Shown here one piece after another: positions 30,529 to 44,580 of a DNA stretch of 64,000 nucleotides. A program made the translations under genes and the position numbers. Every line of letters starts with the position of its first letter. Within the stretch, counting starts at the first letter, position 1. Source of the stretch: Eledone cirrhosa (Eukaryota). The notes under the pieces are model-generated. The model worked only from the letters and a program-made list of their open reading frames with translations. It had not been told where the DNA came from and made no database searches. Location: assembly GCA_964016885.1 (NCBI GenBank), contig OZ024743.1:110608001-110672000 (forward strand), read 5' to 3'.

Positions 30529-33039
30529 GGGGGGTATGCATATGCACCAACACGCATTTACATGCTTCCATGTGAGAGTAATTATATTTGTGTGTGTTTT
30601 TGCGCGTTTGTATGTTTAATTATTTGTTTGTATGCTGTAGTTATTGTGCATGCTGACACATGGGTGCCGGAATAAATGGCATTCCAAGGAATGTCTGACA
30701 TTGTATTCCAAGCTAGAAAACGCCGAATCCTTATGTCGCGGATCATTTCATCTCCAATATACAGGCAAAATTACGTTTAGTTAAAATGATGTAAATGTGA
30801 CAGAAAGTGATGTCTAGAATGATCTCAATTGACGTTGGCGTGGTGTGATTCATTCTGTTGAATTTAGAGATTATTTTGCTGCTGTAGGTGTACACGACTT
30901 AACTACTCTTATATATGACGGACAAATTGATGTGTGTTGTTTTATGCTATCAACGCATATTCTTCGTTTTGTTCTGTTTCTCGTGTGTAGATGCTGATAG
31001 GTTTCTCGGACATGTTAAAATTGTCATTAATGCTATCTAATCTAAATCATACCCGGTTGAACAGTCTTCGGATCAAATGCTTCAAAACCACGTAGAAACT
31101 GTTCCCATCTTCTCCAGTGATACGCGTTCAGTATTCTACAATTTGTCAAGTTCTATTTAAGATGATATATTGTAATTTGAGGGAATCTCCATTACTAATT
31201 GCTGACTATCGACTCGCCATGCAGAAGCTCGTCTGTATAGTATCTGTGCTGTGGTCTTTTTTGTCTGAATGATCCACATTGTTATCTATTTTAAATATGT
31301 AGTGGTATTGTTAATATTGCTGTTATTATTGGCATTAGGTTAATTACTCAGATAATATGTTGTGTTTGCCGCAGAAAAACTTCAAAATCAAACTTCTTAT
31401 TTTAAAATATTGTCGAGGTCTTAGCAATATTTCCAGTTGTTTATCTCCTGTCACCTATACCTATATTGAGGTATTCCTTTAGCATAGACGTTTGATTTTC
31501 CCTCCACATCCTATGTCGTCGAAACAACTATGGATTTTAAATGTAAATTATAAATGTTAGTGGTAGTCAAAATGGAATGATGCGAGAGAGTACGTTTCTA
31601 ATAGATATTCTGTTGGTGTTAATGTATCCCCTTGTTTTCACTTCAGTTGCAGACATTCTTTTCAGATTTCTTCCCCAGTTGATTAATACATTTGTTAATT
31701 CTCGTTTTCAGATTTCTCATTGCATATTAAGATAATTCAAATTTTTTATTCAGTTTCTAATATAAATGAAGTTGATTCCTTGGATTAAAAATTTGTCAAG
31801 GATGTTTTTAGCACAAACTCATCAACAGAGTTAATTAAACAAAATAGGAATAAATGTATTAAATGTATATATATATATATATATTTAATGATAACGCTGG
31901 AGGATACCGTATATTAACTTTCTTCTACAAATTATAGACATTTTGGATTGTCAGTTACTTCATTAATACGCTGTTGTTCTTTATTTAATGATAAATAAAT
32001 CTTGCTTTCTGGGTGGATTCACAATTTATATATAATTTCTCGTGAACATTTTCCAATGGCGTTGATATTCAAGTTCCACTCTTTCATATTCAGAATGACA
32101 ACGAAAACTTAAAAACATGTGTTAGTGAGAAATAGATGGCTGTAGAGCTTTTATTTTTATATTTAAGACTCTGCGTGCAGATATATATGATAACTTTATT
32201 TGTTAAATAAAAAGTTAACGGGTGCTACGTTTAATCTCTAGTGTATAAAGAAAGACAAATGCCAATTTTATCGAGAGGTTAAGTAGAATAATATATTTAT
32301 TTTACAATACATTACAGCTTACCGAGTCATTCATCTGGGCTTTACATGAAAACATCCTGATGAGATCGATATATTGGCATCACATATTACAAACGCCTTT
32401 GTTTCCTTTGACAAAGTTAATTGTATTAACACATTCCCTATCTGGCCCTTAATATAGCTATAATATGGTCAAATCTACACGAGTCAATGTGATTCAATAC
32501 TTATCATCTTTATGTCTATAGCTCCACATCAAAATATTTATTAGAATCCTCATTGTCATAATCAATATCATTTTGGTGGTCATGAACATAGGGATATTAT
32601 ACTCTTAATCATAACGAAAATCATTTTGGCAATTATTTTCCTTTCTGTAAAGTTCTGTCCGTAATTTTGTAATATTTATGTATCTTTAGATCTGTAGTTG
32701 TTTCAGGCAAATTGTGTAGGGATCTGCTCGATAGTAATACACATTGCCATGTGATCTAACACCAAATTGGTCGAATTCAACGGCAGATATAATAATGATA
32801 AGGTAATTAGTTCTTATCGATATTCTATACAACAATCTGTTCACTAAATGAGCGAATACACTAATAGGTGCACCATATAACCTTCGATATTATGTAACTT
32901 TCCTTTTTGTTCCTTCTAAGCATGTACTCTATATTCTATATTGACATGTTATTATTAGATATGATAATGTAACCGTACCGTGGGAAGAATTAAGAAGAAA
33001 CGAAACGGAATAATATTAAGCATATGAAAGAATACATAT

Positions 33040-33700
33040 TCTCTATCTGGGTCTTCGCAGCAGAGCCTTTCTGCTAGAGAACGGGTTGCAGAGGGCGGAT
33101 AGCGATACGACCACCAGATATGATAAATAGTTTGCGATATAAGCCCGCAATAAGCAACCCCGGACCAACATCGCTACGCTATGATAGGTTGATAGAGCAA
33201 TCGGGGACACCTGTAGTTAGCAAGAAGATTCTCACAGCACGGTGACGCATCTATGACATGGAGAGTAAAGGCCGCCTCTTTAAAATACCATTATTTGCGG
33301 TTTTGTGTATTTGGAAGCACCAAAAAGAGTCCGGCATGGAGCAACCTTTAAATTTGGAACATGGAACATCACAACCTTTACAGGTAAGTAGCAGGATCTA
33401 GTGGAGGAAGTTAGAATTTACCAGCTAGATATAGCCTGTGTTTCCTCAAGAAGGTTCCTTGGCGCGGATAAGGTAGATTTGGACGGAGGATGAAATTTTA
33501 CTATTCAGGTGTGACATCAGAAATGACTGCACCGGCGCGAGTCGGGATATTCGCAAGCCCCCAGCTGTCTGAATGTGTTATAGACTAGATCCCGTTAGGA
33601 GGAAGGATTAGTTACTTGAAGCTTAGGCTGAAAGATCGGGGTGGGGCATGTTTATGCATCAAACAAAGTAACCGAATACAGGTCCTTCCCTGGTGAAGTC
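33040..33700 (+). mobile_element. Old RTE-type LINE 5' fragment (5' UTR plus decayed endonuclease)
   Basis: FGTWNITTFTGK*QDLVEEVRIYQLDIACVS...FYYSGV...RVGIFASPQLSECVID*IPLGGRISYLKL, an APE N-terminus with stops. Confidence 0.7.
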
Positions 33701-36032
33701 ACCGATTATCATCGATTTTAATTACTAGAATTATCGGTCACCAGATTAACATTCCAGATACTCAATTTTCCTAGATTTGCAACATCTCCCTAGACAAACA
33801 AATGGGTAACATCACAATAGGAGGTGATTGAAAGCGTTGTGTTTGTTTGAGAAGTGAAACTATATTCTAAGTTGATAGGTAAATTGCGGACAGCTTAGTG
33901 TCTACATTTCTGGATTTCTGATTCATTAGGATACTCCTTTAAGCAAATTTAAATTTAATTTGTTTAAGGTTACTTTTCGAATATATACTGGGATCAAACA
34001 ACAGAGACATTCTTCGGTAATTGTCGGAAATATTATGGTAATAATATTATATCATTATATATATTATATTATTTATAAAGCGCCTGAAAATAACAGAATC
34101 ATTAAAATATCCGATAGCATGCCCTGCAGCATTCATTTCTATGCTCAACATTCAGAGTTCAAAATCTGCAGAGGTTAGCTTTGCCTTTCACCATTTCACC
34201 GTTGAGAGACAAAAAGAATATCCCTCCAGTAGTTGTGTCACGTCTTTTTGCTTTTCTGGGGAAAAACTACGGCTACATTCTTTCACTGAGAGTGATTGGG
34301 TCCACTAGAGTTTAAAATGCCAAGCAGCACTGTAATTTATTACGGCACCCCTATGATGCCATCATGTGTAACGAGCACATACACAACGGCGTTGTTTATA
34401 AAGAGAGCTAACAATGCACTTGATAATTTGTCGGAAGAATAGATTGAAATCTGACATTTCGGTGTCGTTTCTTGAATTTTAAGTACTGTTGAATGTATGT
34501 GGTTAGTGTCATTTTACTTATTTTAAGTACTGTTGAATGTTTGTTGCAAGTGTCAGATTTCTCGTTCATTTAAGATGAGAGTCAAAGTTGGACTCGCCTG
34601 GATTTGAACTGATATCAGGTAGAGCTTATAACCGTAGATTTATGCATATAACTGAAGCCAGCAATACAAATATTTGTAGATATTGTAGAGCATTCGCATA
34701 CATCATATGTAAAGCATTTTGGATATTTTTAAAACCTGAATGTTCTCATTAAATTAGAAACATTTAGTAGCACCAGTAGTACCAACAGAAGCAGTTGCAG
34801 CAGGAGCAAAAGTAGTAGTAGTAGCAGTAGAAGTAGTAGTAGTAAAAGTAGTATTAACATCAGCAGCAGTGTTAATAGTATGTTTGGGAAAATAAATTGG
34901 GGTACATCATTAAATATGCGACATTGATGCATCTTGAGGAAATAATTGTACTTGGTAAAATGTTTTGTGTTTATTTAAACATACTTCTTACATACATAAA
35001 CACCGGGATTACAAAGAACGAAAAGCAGGGAGTTTTAATACCAGTTTACAAAAGATTATTTGAAATGAAAATGTTTAGATAGCTTAAAAATTGATCTTCC
35101 ACTCTATCTTGTATTCATGCAAACACGAAATAGAAGATAATTTGTTTCAAGGGAAAAGAAAAACTGCTAGTGTTTAAGAAAAATTCGACTCAAATATTTA
35201 AATATACACTTCGAATTTTAGCTGTCAATGTCTTTTTTTAAATTATTATTTAGGATTTTAAAATCTCATAATCTAATTAATTGAAAGAAATGAAATGATT
35301 GGTTAAAGAACATAAAATAATGAATGCAATGTAATTAAACGTGTGTCACGAACTGCCATATATATTTTCAATTTTACATCAAATCATTAAACCTTGCTCT
35401 CTGACTTGCCAAAGAAGAACACAAAACGATCAATAAGTCAGAAATGTAATATTTCTCCACGAGCAATTATGGCTTGCTGATGTTTTGTAGATATTTTTGC
35501 AATAGATAAGGACAAGAATTATAGTGGAATTATGAGAAGAAAATACGTATGAGATGTTGCTGAGACAATACTTATTCATTATTGCTATGTTATATTGCAT
35601 GCCATGTTTACCCATTAAAGTTTCATACGTTGCTGTATATGATACAACAGGGGATATAAACGTACTACGGTTAATATATATAAATTTATATGTTTACAGA
35701 TATACACTATTATTATATATAATTATAAGAGTCATTATCATGGGAAATCGTTATCATGGTTAAGTGTTGAATTTTGATATTTTAGAATTTCACCTGTGCA
35801 ATCAAAGGACCATCAAACTAACAAAGTTTTTACGAAGAGGAAAATCCAAAGTAACAAGTTTCATCTGCTGCCAAAATAAAGAATATTATCGAATATTATT
35901 CGAAATATCATTGGTGAGAAATCTCAGGAGAGATAGGCAGCAGAAGGTCTTCAGAGGAGAAACTTCAAGTGAGCTTTTCGGCACATAACTTTTGCTTAGG
36001 TACTGAGTATTCATTCTAGCGTACATCAACAT

Positions 36033-36072
<40 letters not shown>

Positions 36073-36189
36073 ACATTTAGTACAGCACCAACGAAACCAT
36101 GGTTGCAACCAAGCTAACGAATGCAGTTTCGGTGTGCAGCTAAGCACTCGGATAGGGTATATAACCCTAGAGTTATAACATTACGTTTA

Positions 36190-36880
36190 GACAGCTATGC
36201 AAAATGAAGACAGATGAAATATATGGAAAATAGAAATGGCTGTGTAGTTGCTATATAAGGTAACTTAAAATACAGTGGGAATACGAAGATTGCAAGAACA
36301 CGGGGAGGGGGTCCTCATCAATTCTCTACCGAGGGTCTAGGATATTTCTACACTTTAAATACATGATACCACTTCACCCCAGGGCGTCAATAACTGGATA
36401 AGTTACTGGGAAAACGAAGGATGGAGGGAAGGAAAGCAAAGGGGAAGAAAAGAGAAACAATAACAAGACAGCGAAAAAACAAACAAACCGAGCAATGTGC
36501 GAGCAACTATAGGTAGGAAATCCAAGAACATTTGATAATAGAACTTAAGTTCGAGATCGAGTAATCGAGAGAAAGAAGACACACGTCTGATTGCCGCTGT
36601 TGTAAGTGAGAAGAGAACTGCTAAACGGTCAGAAGAAGGAATGAAAGTGAGAGGGAGAAAGGAAGAACGTGGGGTAAGAGCAGATAGGGAGAAAGGGAGG
36701 GGAAGAAAGAGGCGTGAGAGTAGACAGGTGCGAAATAGGAAGGTAGAAGGAGGAGGGAAGAATGGTCACAGCGAAAAACATGATGAAATATATGGAGAAT
36801 AGAAATGGCTGTGGAGTTGCTATTTAAGGTAACTTAAAAGGCAGTGGGAATACGAAGAAAGCAATAACAAGGGGGGGGGG
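36190..36880. repeat. Diverged ~110-bp direct repeats flanking a purine-rich, possibly PLE-derived remnant
   Basis: gatgaaatatatgga.aatagaaatggctgtg.agttgctat.taaggtaacttaaaa..cagtgggaatacgaaga at ~36212 and ~36782. Confidence 0.6.
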
Positions 36881-36934
36881 GGGTAGTTTTCACAATGTGC
36901 GTAAGCCGGTGTTTCGGAATTTGAAGCACTAAGA

Positions 36935-36965
<31 letters not shown>

Positions 36966-37146
36966 CATACAATATATTAACAAATGGAAACCATATTTAT
37001 AAAACCATATTTATTTCATTATACATATTTCAAGGGCCACCAAGGCAAATTATGGTGCGCTTTCATCAGATAAAATATGATATAGGTTAGTTTTATAAAT
37101 AAATATTGACATACCCTGAAAAATGCAACAAATCAAATATAACATC

Positions 37147-37216
<70 letters not shown>

Positions 37217-37221
<5 letters not shown>

Positions 37222-37392
37222 TAAAATAAGAGATTAAAGTTTAAGCAAATAATCTCTGCTTTCACCCTTAACGGGGTCTTCTGAAACTAACAAAGTCAAT
37301 CTGTAAACGCAGAACTGGATATTTCAAAACACGTTGCAACCGGAGGAAGACAGGAAGACGATACTTTGGTTCGTGGAAACGATTATTATTAT

Positions 37393-37462
<70 letters not shown>

Positions 37463-37930
37463 TTGTGTGTGTGTGGGGTGTAAATAAATATATATATATT
37501 TATTAAAATAACAGATTAAAGTGTAATCAAATAATCGCTGCTTTCACCCTTAACGGGATCTTGTGAAACTAACAAAGTCAATCTGTGAACGCAGAAGTGA
37601 ATATTTCAAAAAACGTTGCAACCGGAGGAAGACAGGAAGACGATACTTTGGTTCGTGGAAACGTTCCCTGGCAAAGAAGCGGAAAAAACGAATATAATAC
37701 GTCATTATTTGGAGCGGTGAAAAACAATTACACGCAAAGACAAAACGACGTTTATGGTTTAAAAGAAATTGTAGACTAATATTCTATTAGGTGGTACATA
37801 GAGACGTTCTGTGGCAATGAACGGAAAAAACAAAGACAATACGTCATATGTGGAGCGGGAAGAACAATTGCATGCAAAGACAAAACCATGGAAATGGTAT
37901 AACTGAAGTCGTAGACTAAAATTCTAACTA
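37217..37930. repeat. ~165-bp duplicated segment separated by microsatellite, followed by a diverged ~140-bp tandem pair
   Basis: 37217-37380 matches 37499-37662; ~37660-37790 resembles ~37800-37930. Confidence 0.75.
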
Positions 37931-38220
37931 GGAAACCGAATGATTCTCGGCTTCAGAGTTAAGAATAAAGTAAATAAAAAACAGAGGTAATTGAAATTAA
38001 ATAAATACATACACGCATCCATATACTTACATACACAAGCATACGCGAAAACACTCGCCATAGGTATACAAATACACGCACTTACACAAAGAAAAATACA
38101 AACAAAAACGCACACGCACATACATACCCCACGCAACGCCTGTACCCGCACGCATACAAATGTAAGTGCATGTAAGTACGAAGCTATGAGCAAAAGTATG
38201 TTAATATAAGGGTGTGTATC

Positions 38221-38850
38221 GGCATGTCTTATTTGTAAGAGAACCTAGGGGACTTGGACCCAAGTCAGTGAATCAGACTTTGTTCAGTCCTGGTGCACAA
38301 GGCCTTTAAAAGGACACCCAGCACTGAAATATGTAGGGGAAAATGGCCAGGAGAACAGAAATGACGTGCGACTGGAATATCCAAACCGAGTTGTATGTCC
38401 CGCAAATGTTCGGCAAAATGGTCCGCCATACGGCGTCCCGTTTGTCTGATATATAAAGACCCCCAAAATGAACACCGGAGGGCATAGACAAAGTGGGTGG
38501 ATGTGCAGGTGAAGGAATGGTGGATACGGAAAGACCCGTAAGGGCCTGTAAGAGTGGCAAGGTTAGAAATAAAGGGACAAGTGTTGCAGCGGGAACGGGA
38601 ACAAGGAGGAGAGCCGGGTTGATTCGTGGGAGAAGACGAGAAGGAATTGCGAACCAGGAGGTTACGGAATTTGAGGGAGCGCTTACAAGCAGTAATTGGT
38701 AGGTTTGGAAAAAAAGCGAGAAGTAACGGAGTCAGAAGAGAGGATACGGAAGGAACGGAGGATATGTCGCCGTAGTTGTAGGGTGATGGGTTGGTATGTG
38801 AGAGGGAAAGGAACTCGTTGGTATGTGAGAGGGATGGGCTGAGGTGAGAG
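38221..38850 (-). mobile_element. Penelope-like GIY-YIG fragment, same family as 1204-3340
   Basis: The reverse complement aligns to ~2120-2680 (GGLYI.QTGRRMADHFAEHLRDIQLGLDIPVARHF). Confidence 0.85.
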
Positions 38851-40825
38851 GGATACCCGTTACATTGTTTCGGCTGGAACGACTTGGGTGAAGTCAGCTC
38901 ATTGAGATACTAACAAAAAAAAAATATTTTTGTCTCAGCTGTTATTAAACCAGACACGAGAAATTATGAGCAATTAAATTAGGGACGTATATTACTGGAT
39001 ATTAATTTGTAAAACGAAATCCTTGATATATGTAACTGGTATGTTCAATATCTTAGACATAAACAAGTATATATATAAACCACCCTACTGTAAACAATTC
39101 GTTCTCTCTTTCACATCCAGTCTTATGCGAATTCACTATGATTTTTCATTCATACAACCATCCATCATATTATTATTTCCTCTTTTCTTAGTGTAAACGG
39201 AAATATTTAAAATAAAGTCTTTCCCTACTTATGTTGTACAATGGATAGTGCAATATCATGTCAAGTATATTTTCAAACACATGTAGATATTTACTGTCTT
39301 TATCATTCCCAGTGTTCTATTGAAGCAGGGAAAATCATACGTACAGTAGTTCATATATATTCAATAGTAGAGATGAGAGATTTACATGGTTATATCCGGT
39401 GACAGGAAGGGTTCTTAAAACTGGTTAAAGGAAACGGAAGTGGATATGTAACTTAACACTTATGGCGCAAATATTTACGTTTGTCATTGCGATATATAAT
39501 AATTAGAAAAGACCACACGCAGCAGCAAGCGGAACAATCTTTGAAGGTTAAAATAAGTTTTCTCTTTTAGAAGTATGAATTTATTGCTTTAGAGGCAATT
39601 CGAGTAAAGAAATCTTTAATAAAGTGAAGAAGAATTATCGCTGTTGAAACATTTCATAATAAACACCTAACTTTTAAACTTTTACGTCACACACATTATC
39701 CATATTGAATACCTACGCCCATCTGTGTCCGCGCGTAATTCATTACAGATTTAGGGTTTGAGATAGAAGTTTAAATGTTAAATGTGAATTGTAAAATGGT
39801 TTGATAGGTTCTAGTTTTCCATAATGCCGTAAAATATTCACAATACTTCTTCGTAAACGTGTTCAATTGTATATTTAAGTATACTGGGACCAATGAAATG
39901 TTTACTATTAAAATTCTGTTGAAAAATAAACAAGTGGATTGCACATTGATATCGTCATAGCAATTACATTTCAAATTTTACCTCTTTTTTCTTTTAATTA
40001 CATGTTGAAGAATTCCAATTATGCTAGTCAATAAATGCAATGCATCCAGAAAACCAATGTTTTGGGGATAAAAAATAAATTTGATTACGATATTGCTCCA
40101 TATAGATGGAACAAATCCCCAAAAGAATGACTTTAAGGAATTATTAAAATTGCACTATATATCTAAATTATATTCATAAGTAATGAAGATAAAGTATGTT
40201 TTAAGCGTATGTCGTGTATATATATATTATTGTTTATAGTTATGTAAATTCAGAAGTGGTTTTCAAAATACCCCCTCAGAATGCGTATATTATTGGCATA
40301 TGTTAATTCTAAATGAAAATGTATCGTGGTAAACATATTTTTTCGATTGGAATTTATTGAAATAATCGTGCACTATAAACAGCTGTTTCTGAACAGGTAA
40401 TTGCTAGGAGGCAGTTCATTTGCTATGCCTTTCTTTATGTTTTATGTCAACTTTTATGCTTACTGTTTCATTGAAAGTAACAACTCAGTCTTAGTAAAAG
40501 TATACCGAAATCTTGTATATATGAACAACACTTGCGATGCCACATATCATAGCATTACATTCATCATTTTTAATATAGACATTTCAGAAAATTTACACTC
40601 AATGCATTGCAAATATGATCACACATTTGACTCTATGACATTATAATCATGAGTGCAATTAGATCTCATGTATTACTTAACTATCATAGTAACTAACTGA
40701 AGCGTGCTCTATCCTAAGTGGTTAATTGATGTGATATTCCAACTCTAAACTCACTGATCTGGCGGTGATTGGTAAATCGTTGATTGCTTCACATGAAATG
40801 AATGTCTAGTCATGCAACAGAAAGA

Positions 40826-40927
<102 letters not shown>

Positions 40928-40936
40928 TCATACTTG

Positions 40937-41022
40937 GGGAGGGTCATATTGTTATAGTATTGCCAGAAATAATGACAGAACACGCTCGTGTTAGGTTGGC
41001 AATATTTTAACAATATGCCCCT

Positions 41023-41025
<3 letters not shown>
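40937..41025. repeat. 29-bp inverted repeat (hairpin) embedded in (TA)n
   Basis: gggagggtcatattgttatagtattgcca pairs with tggcaatattttaacaatatgcccctccc (3 mismatches). The left end resembles the PLE terminus at 16445. Confidence 0.8.
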
Positions 41026-41080
<55 letters not shown>

Positions 41081-41119
41081 TTATACCAGTGGTACCAGGA
41101 ATAAAACAGGACAAATTTG

Positions 41120-42760
41120 GTAGGAAGAAGTGTACACAAGGATGAATTTATGTGTTTAATTGTTAACCTATGTTTCTGTTCAATTACGCAACAGTCTACA
41201 TCCGCTGACTACATTGTACAATGTTCATTCATATGCATTACGTGTCTGTGATTGCAATTGATCGGAAGAAGGGTAAGACAACATATTTGCAGCGAAGAAG
41301 TAAAATTGTTTATACTCCCATATGTGTGTATCATATTTCTGCAATAAACATTACTTACTGCTGACAAAGATTCAGAATCAAAATATGATATACAACTAAC
41401 ACAAATAGTAATAAAAAAATGAATAAAGAAAGAATAAGTATTTGAATTACAATAATATACTTTGTATAGATACTAAATGTGTAAGCTGGGAGAGTGATTG
41501 CAATCCAAATGACCTATGAGAAGAATATTAGAACTGTGAATAGAGTGAGATTAGAATGAGGAATGTCGAAAGCTGGTTAAGAAACCTACTAAATACATAA
41601 ATCTTGGATAGGCAATGAGGAAGCAAAAAAGAGGAGGAAGGACAAGAGAAAATAGGGAAGGAAATGAGGCCAGAGTGACCATATATAATACGATTTCGTT
41701 GAAAGATTATACATTAATTTGGGGGTAAAATATTAGGTTTTATCTCAACAGAATCCAACAATAGAAAGGATAAGTGGGCACCGAGACGAATAAAGGTATC
41801 GGGAATGCGGCTGGTGTGAGGGGTCAGTATTTCAAGTAGATTGTATACAGGGACACATGATCCAATTTTATGCTACTCAGAAATTCTTTAATGCCATATG
41901 ATAGCAGATCTGATCCAATCATAATTTACAACACTTCCATCTTTCATTTCGGGGCCTTATTTTTGCTATGTTCTTCTTAATATAGACCTAATATTTCTTA
42001 TATGTAAATCTAACATAACTAGGGATGAAGAAGATATAGTTTTAACTGCCATACCCTCTTGTAATCGTGTTTAATAATGATTATGGGACATGTAGGGATA
42101 TAAATAATACTTTGTCCACCAATTCAATTTAAAGACTTTCAACGATTTCCTATCATTTCTAGTCACTCCGGCCTCATTTCTGTTTATATTTTCTATTCTC
42201 TCTTTTTTCTTCTTTTCTCACCCGCTCGTCACGTATCCACAAGATATGTATTGTGCAGGTTCCTTAACCAATCTTTCCCCTTCCTCTTTCTAAACTCCCT
42301 CTATTTACAACACTAATATTCTTCTCATTGGCAATTTTGATTACAATCCCTCTCACAGGAAACACATTTACAATTCATGCTTGGTGTAATTATTGTAACT
42401 TATGTACTCATTCATATTTAGTATTTTTGCTTACTATTTTTCTTTAATATTTTGTTATTTGTATATTATATTTTGATTCTGAATTTTGCTATATACCAAT
42501 GTTTTTACTTTAGCTTTGTCAGCAGTATGTAATGCTTATTATAGAAATGTGGTACCTTCATCTATGAGTAAAACATACTCTTCTTCTTCCCTGTTATATT
42601 TTCTCTTGGCCTTTTCCCGATGAAGTGCAAACACAGATACGTGATGCATACGAATAAACATTGCATAATACAGCCAGCGGATGTTGATGGTTACGTAATT
42701 GTACAGAAAGCTATGGTAAAGATTGAACACACAAAATGTCTCCTTCTCTCTACTCCTTCC
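41120..42760. repeat. Long diverged inverted repeat (~560-600-bp arms, ~480-bp spacer)
   Basis: Collinear inverted blocks: tactgctgacaaag/ctttgtcagcagta, attcagaatcaaaatat/atattttgattctgaat, tgagaagaatattag/ctaatattcttctca, gaaatgaggcc.gagtgac/gtcactc.ggcctcatttc, catccgctg/cagcggatg. Confidence 0.8.
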
Positions 42761-43102
42761 TCCCTAGCTTTTCCAGTATTTTTCGCTCTACCATATTTAT
42801 ACTTATCAACTATCCCTGATATTCTCCTGTGAAATGAACTGTCTCCTAGAATATAATGTATATAGGAAAGAACGCGAGGTTTAGAGAAGTTAACAACAAT
42901 TTTAGCTTCATTGCTTTATTTCTAAACTTTATATCAGAGGACATCGCCATGAACCTCGACTTGATGACAGTGAAAATAATAAATATTATAAATATTTTAA
43001 TTATCACTAACATAAAATCTGTAAATCATAATTTTAATAAATAGTTAATCTTTCTTCTTTTGTTTATAATGTATAGGTTTTATTTAAAATCAAGGACATA
43101 TA

Positions 43103-43161
43103 TTACTACTACTACTAATACTGCTGCTACTACTACTACCACTACTACTACTATTACTACA

Positions 43162-43219
<58 letters not shown>

Positions 43220-43220
43220 T

Positions 43221-43283
<63 letters not shown>

Positions 43284-43327
43284 TACTACTACTACTACTA
43301 CTCATACTACTACTACTACTACTACTA
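43103..43327. repeat. (TAC)n microsatellite
   Basis: Seen directly. Confidence 0.98.
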
Positions 43328-43624
43328 AAATAAATAATAATAGTGGTTTCAAATTTAGGCTCAAGGGTCTATATATAAGGGATAATAAAAAAACAGGGAT
43401 AATCGGGCTTACAATGGAATAGAATAAACAACCAAGATAAAACAAAAACAACAAATAATTATATACTCACCAATCCTGAACCACCCGGCACTTCGAGAGC
43501 AGCCAGGAATGACACACTCTCCTCTTCGACTCAAGCAGCCTACAAGCGCATACATAGAGTAACTCAAAGGGACATTCCAGCAGCATTCATTTTAGCAAAA
43601 GTTCCGGACGCAGCACTTCTCTAT

Positions 43625-44580
43625 CCACCCTACCTCCATTTCCAACATGAACTTGCAATAGCTCATGAGGGATTGGCCGAAGAGAAAGTACCTGTCTTCT
43701 ATACTTTCAAATTGGTCCACCATGCACCCTCTTTCGCTACGTCTACCAGACTAAGTAAATCTGCCTGCCTTTTCCGTCCAAAAGAAGACGGTGGTGCGAT
43801 CTTCATTATGGACTCGGTCGATACCCAGATCAGACCTACCCGTCAGAACAGATGTTCGACGCAATCTCACGTGTCAGTAACGCAAGGACACAGGTGAAGT
43901 CCGTGCATACGGTTTCGTCACTCTGCATGCATCTGGAGCCGTTCCATTCGTGCATGTAGGGTTTATCTCGAACCGGCAGTGACCAACCGAGATATTTCAA
44001 GAAATTATCCATAGTACCTGGCTCAAAAGTACCCACGAAGAGTCCGGTCCGTCCGATTTGGCTGACACCCAGTGCCTCTCGAAGAGTGTCGCCTCACTTG
44101 CCCACTACTAACTCTATACTACTCAAAAGTGGAATTTCAAATGATCACATTGCTAGCTTGGTTGAGAACAGTGAGCGCCTGGTAATATTCCAGATGCCCA
44201 ATCTCGGTGTCTTCTTGACCCAGGACTGCAGCTCAGTCAAAGCGACAAGCTGCGAAAGGCCTGCCTCACAAACGGCTACCACACCTGGTCACCGTTTGAG
44301 AATAATTGAAGATGCCGTCGGCTTAGCGCATGCCTGCGCATCTTCAAGCACGCCATGACAAGAGCTGAGCTCTGCTTAGAGGTTGTTGACAGCAGATGGA
44401 CGAACGCATAAATGGAAACTGCTCCTTCTGCAAAAGGTGAAATAGCAGATTCCAATTTGGTGAGGTGCGAACGGGGCAAAGGCATGATGGCCAGGCGGTT
44501 GTAGATGACGTACTTGGTTTAGGCGCTCCATACTTCTTCCCGAATTTTCAGGTTAGATTGGCCACCCAGCTCGTTACCTC
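43625..44580 (-). mobile_element. Decayed L1/Tx1 ORF2 3' fragment
   Basis: Homologous to ~52650-53780: MRRHALSRRHLQLF, VGTFEPGTMDNF, LPVRDK.Y. Confidence 0.8.

Noticed and set aside
33040-33200. HDV-like ribozyme in the RTE 5' UTR
   Set aside because: Plausible for the clade, but I could not build the nested double pseudoknot from this decayed copy.
35764-35988. Possible exons at ~35790, ~52076 and ~63523
   Set aside because: Splice-like signals exist, but the frames are short or stop-containing and cannot be joined consistently.
43060-43422. Thr-rich mucin-like ORF
   Set aside because: (TAC)n microsatellite.
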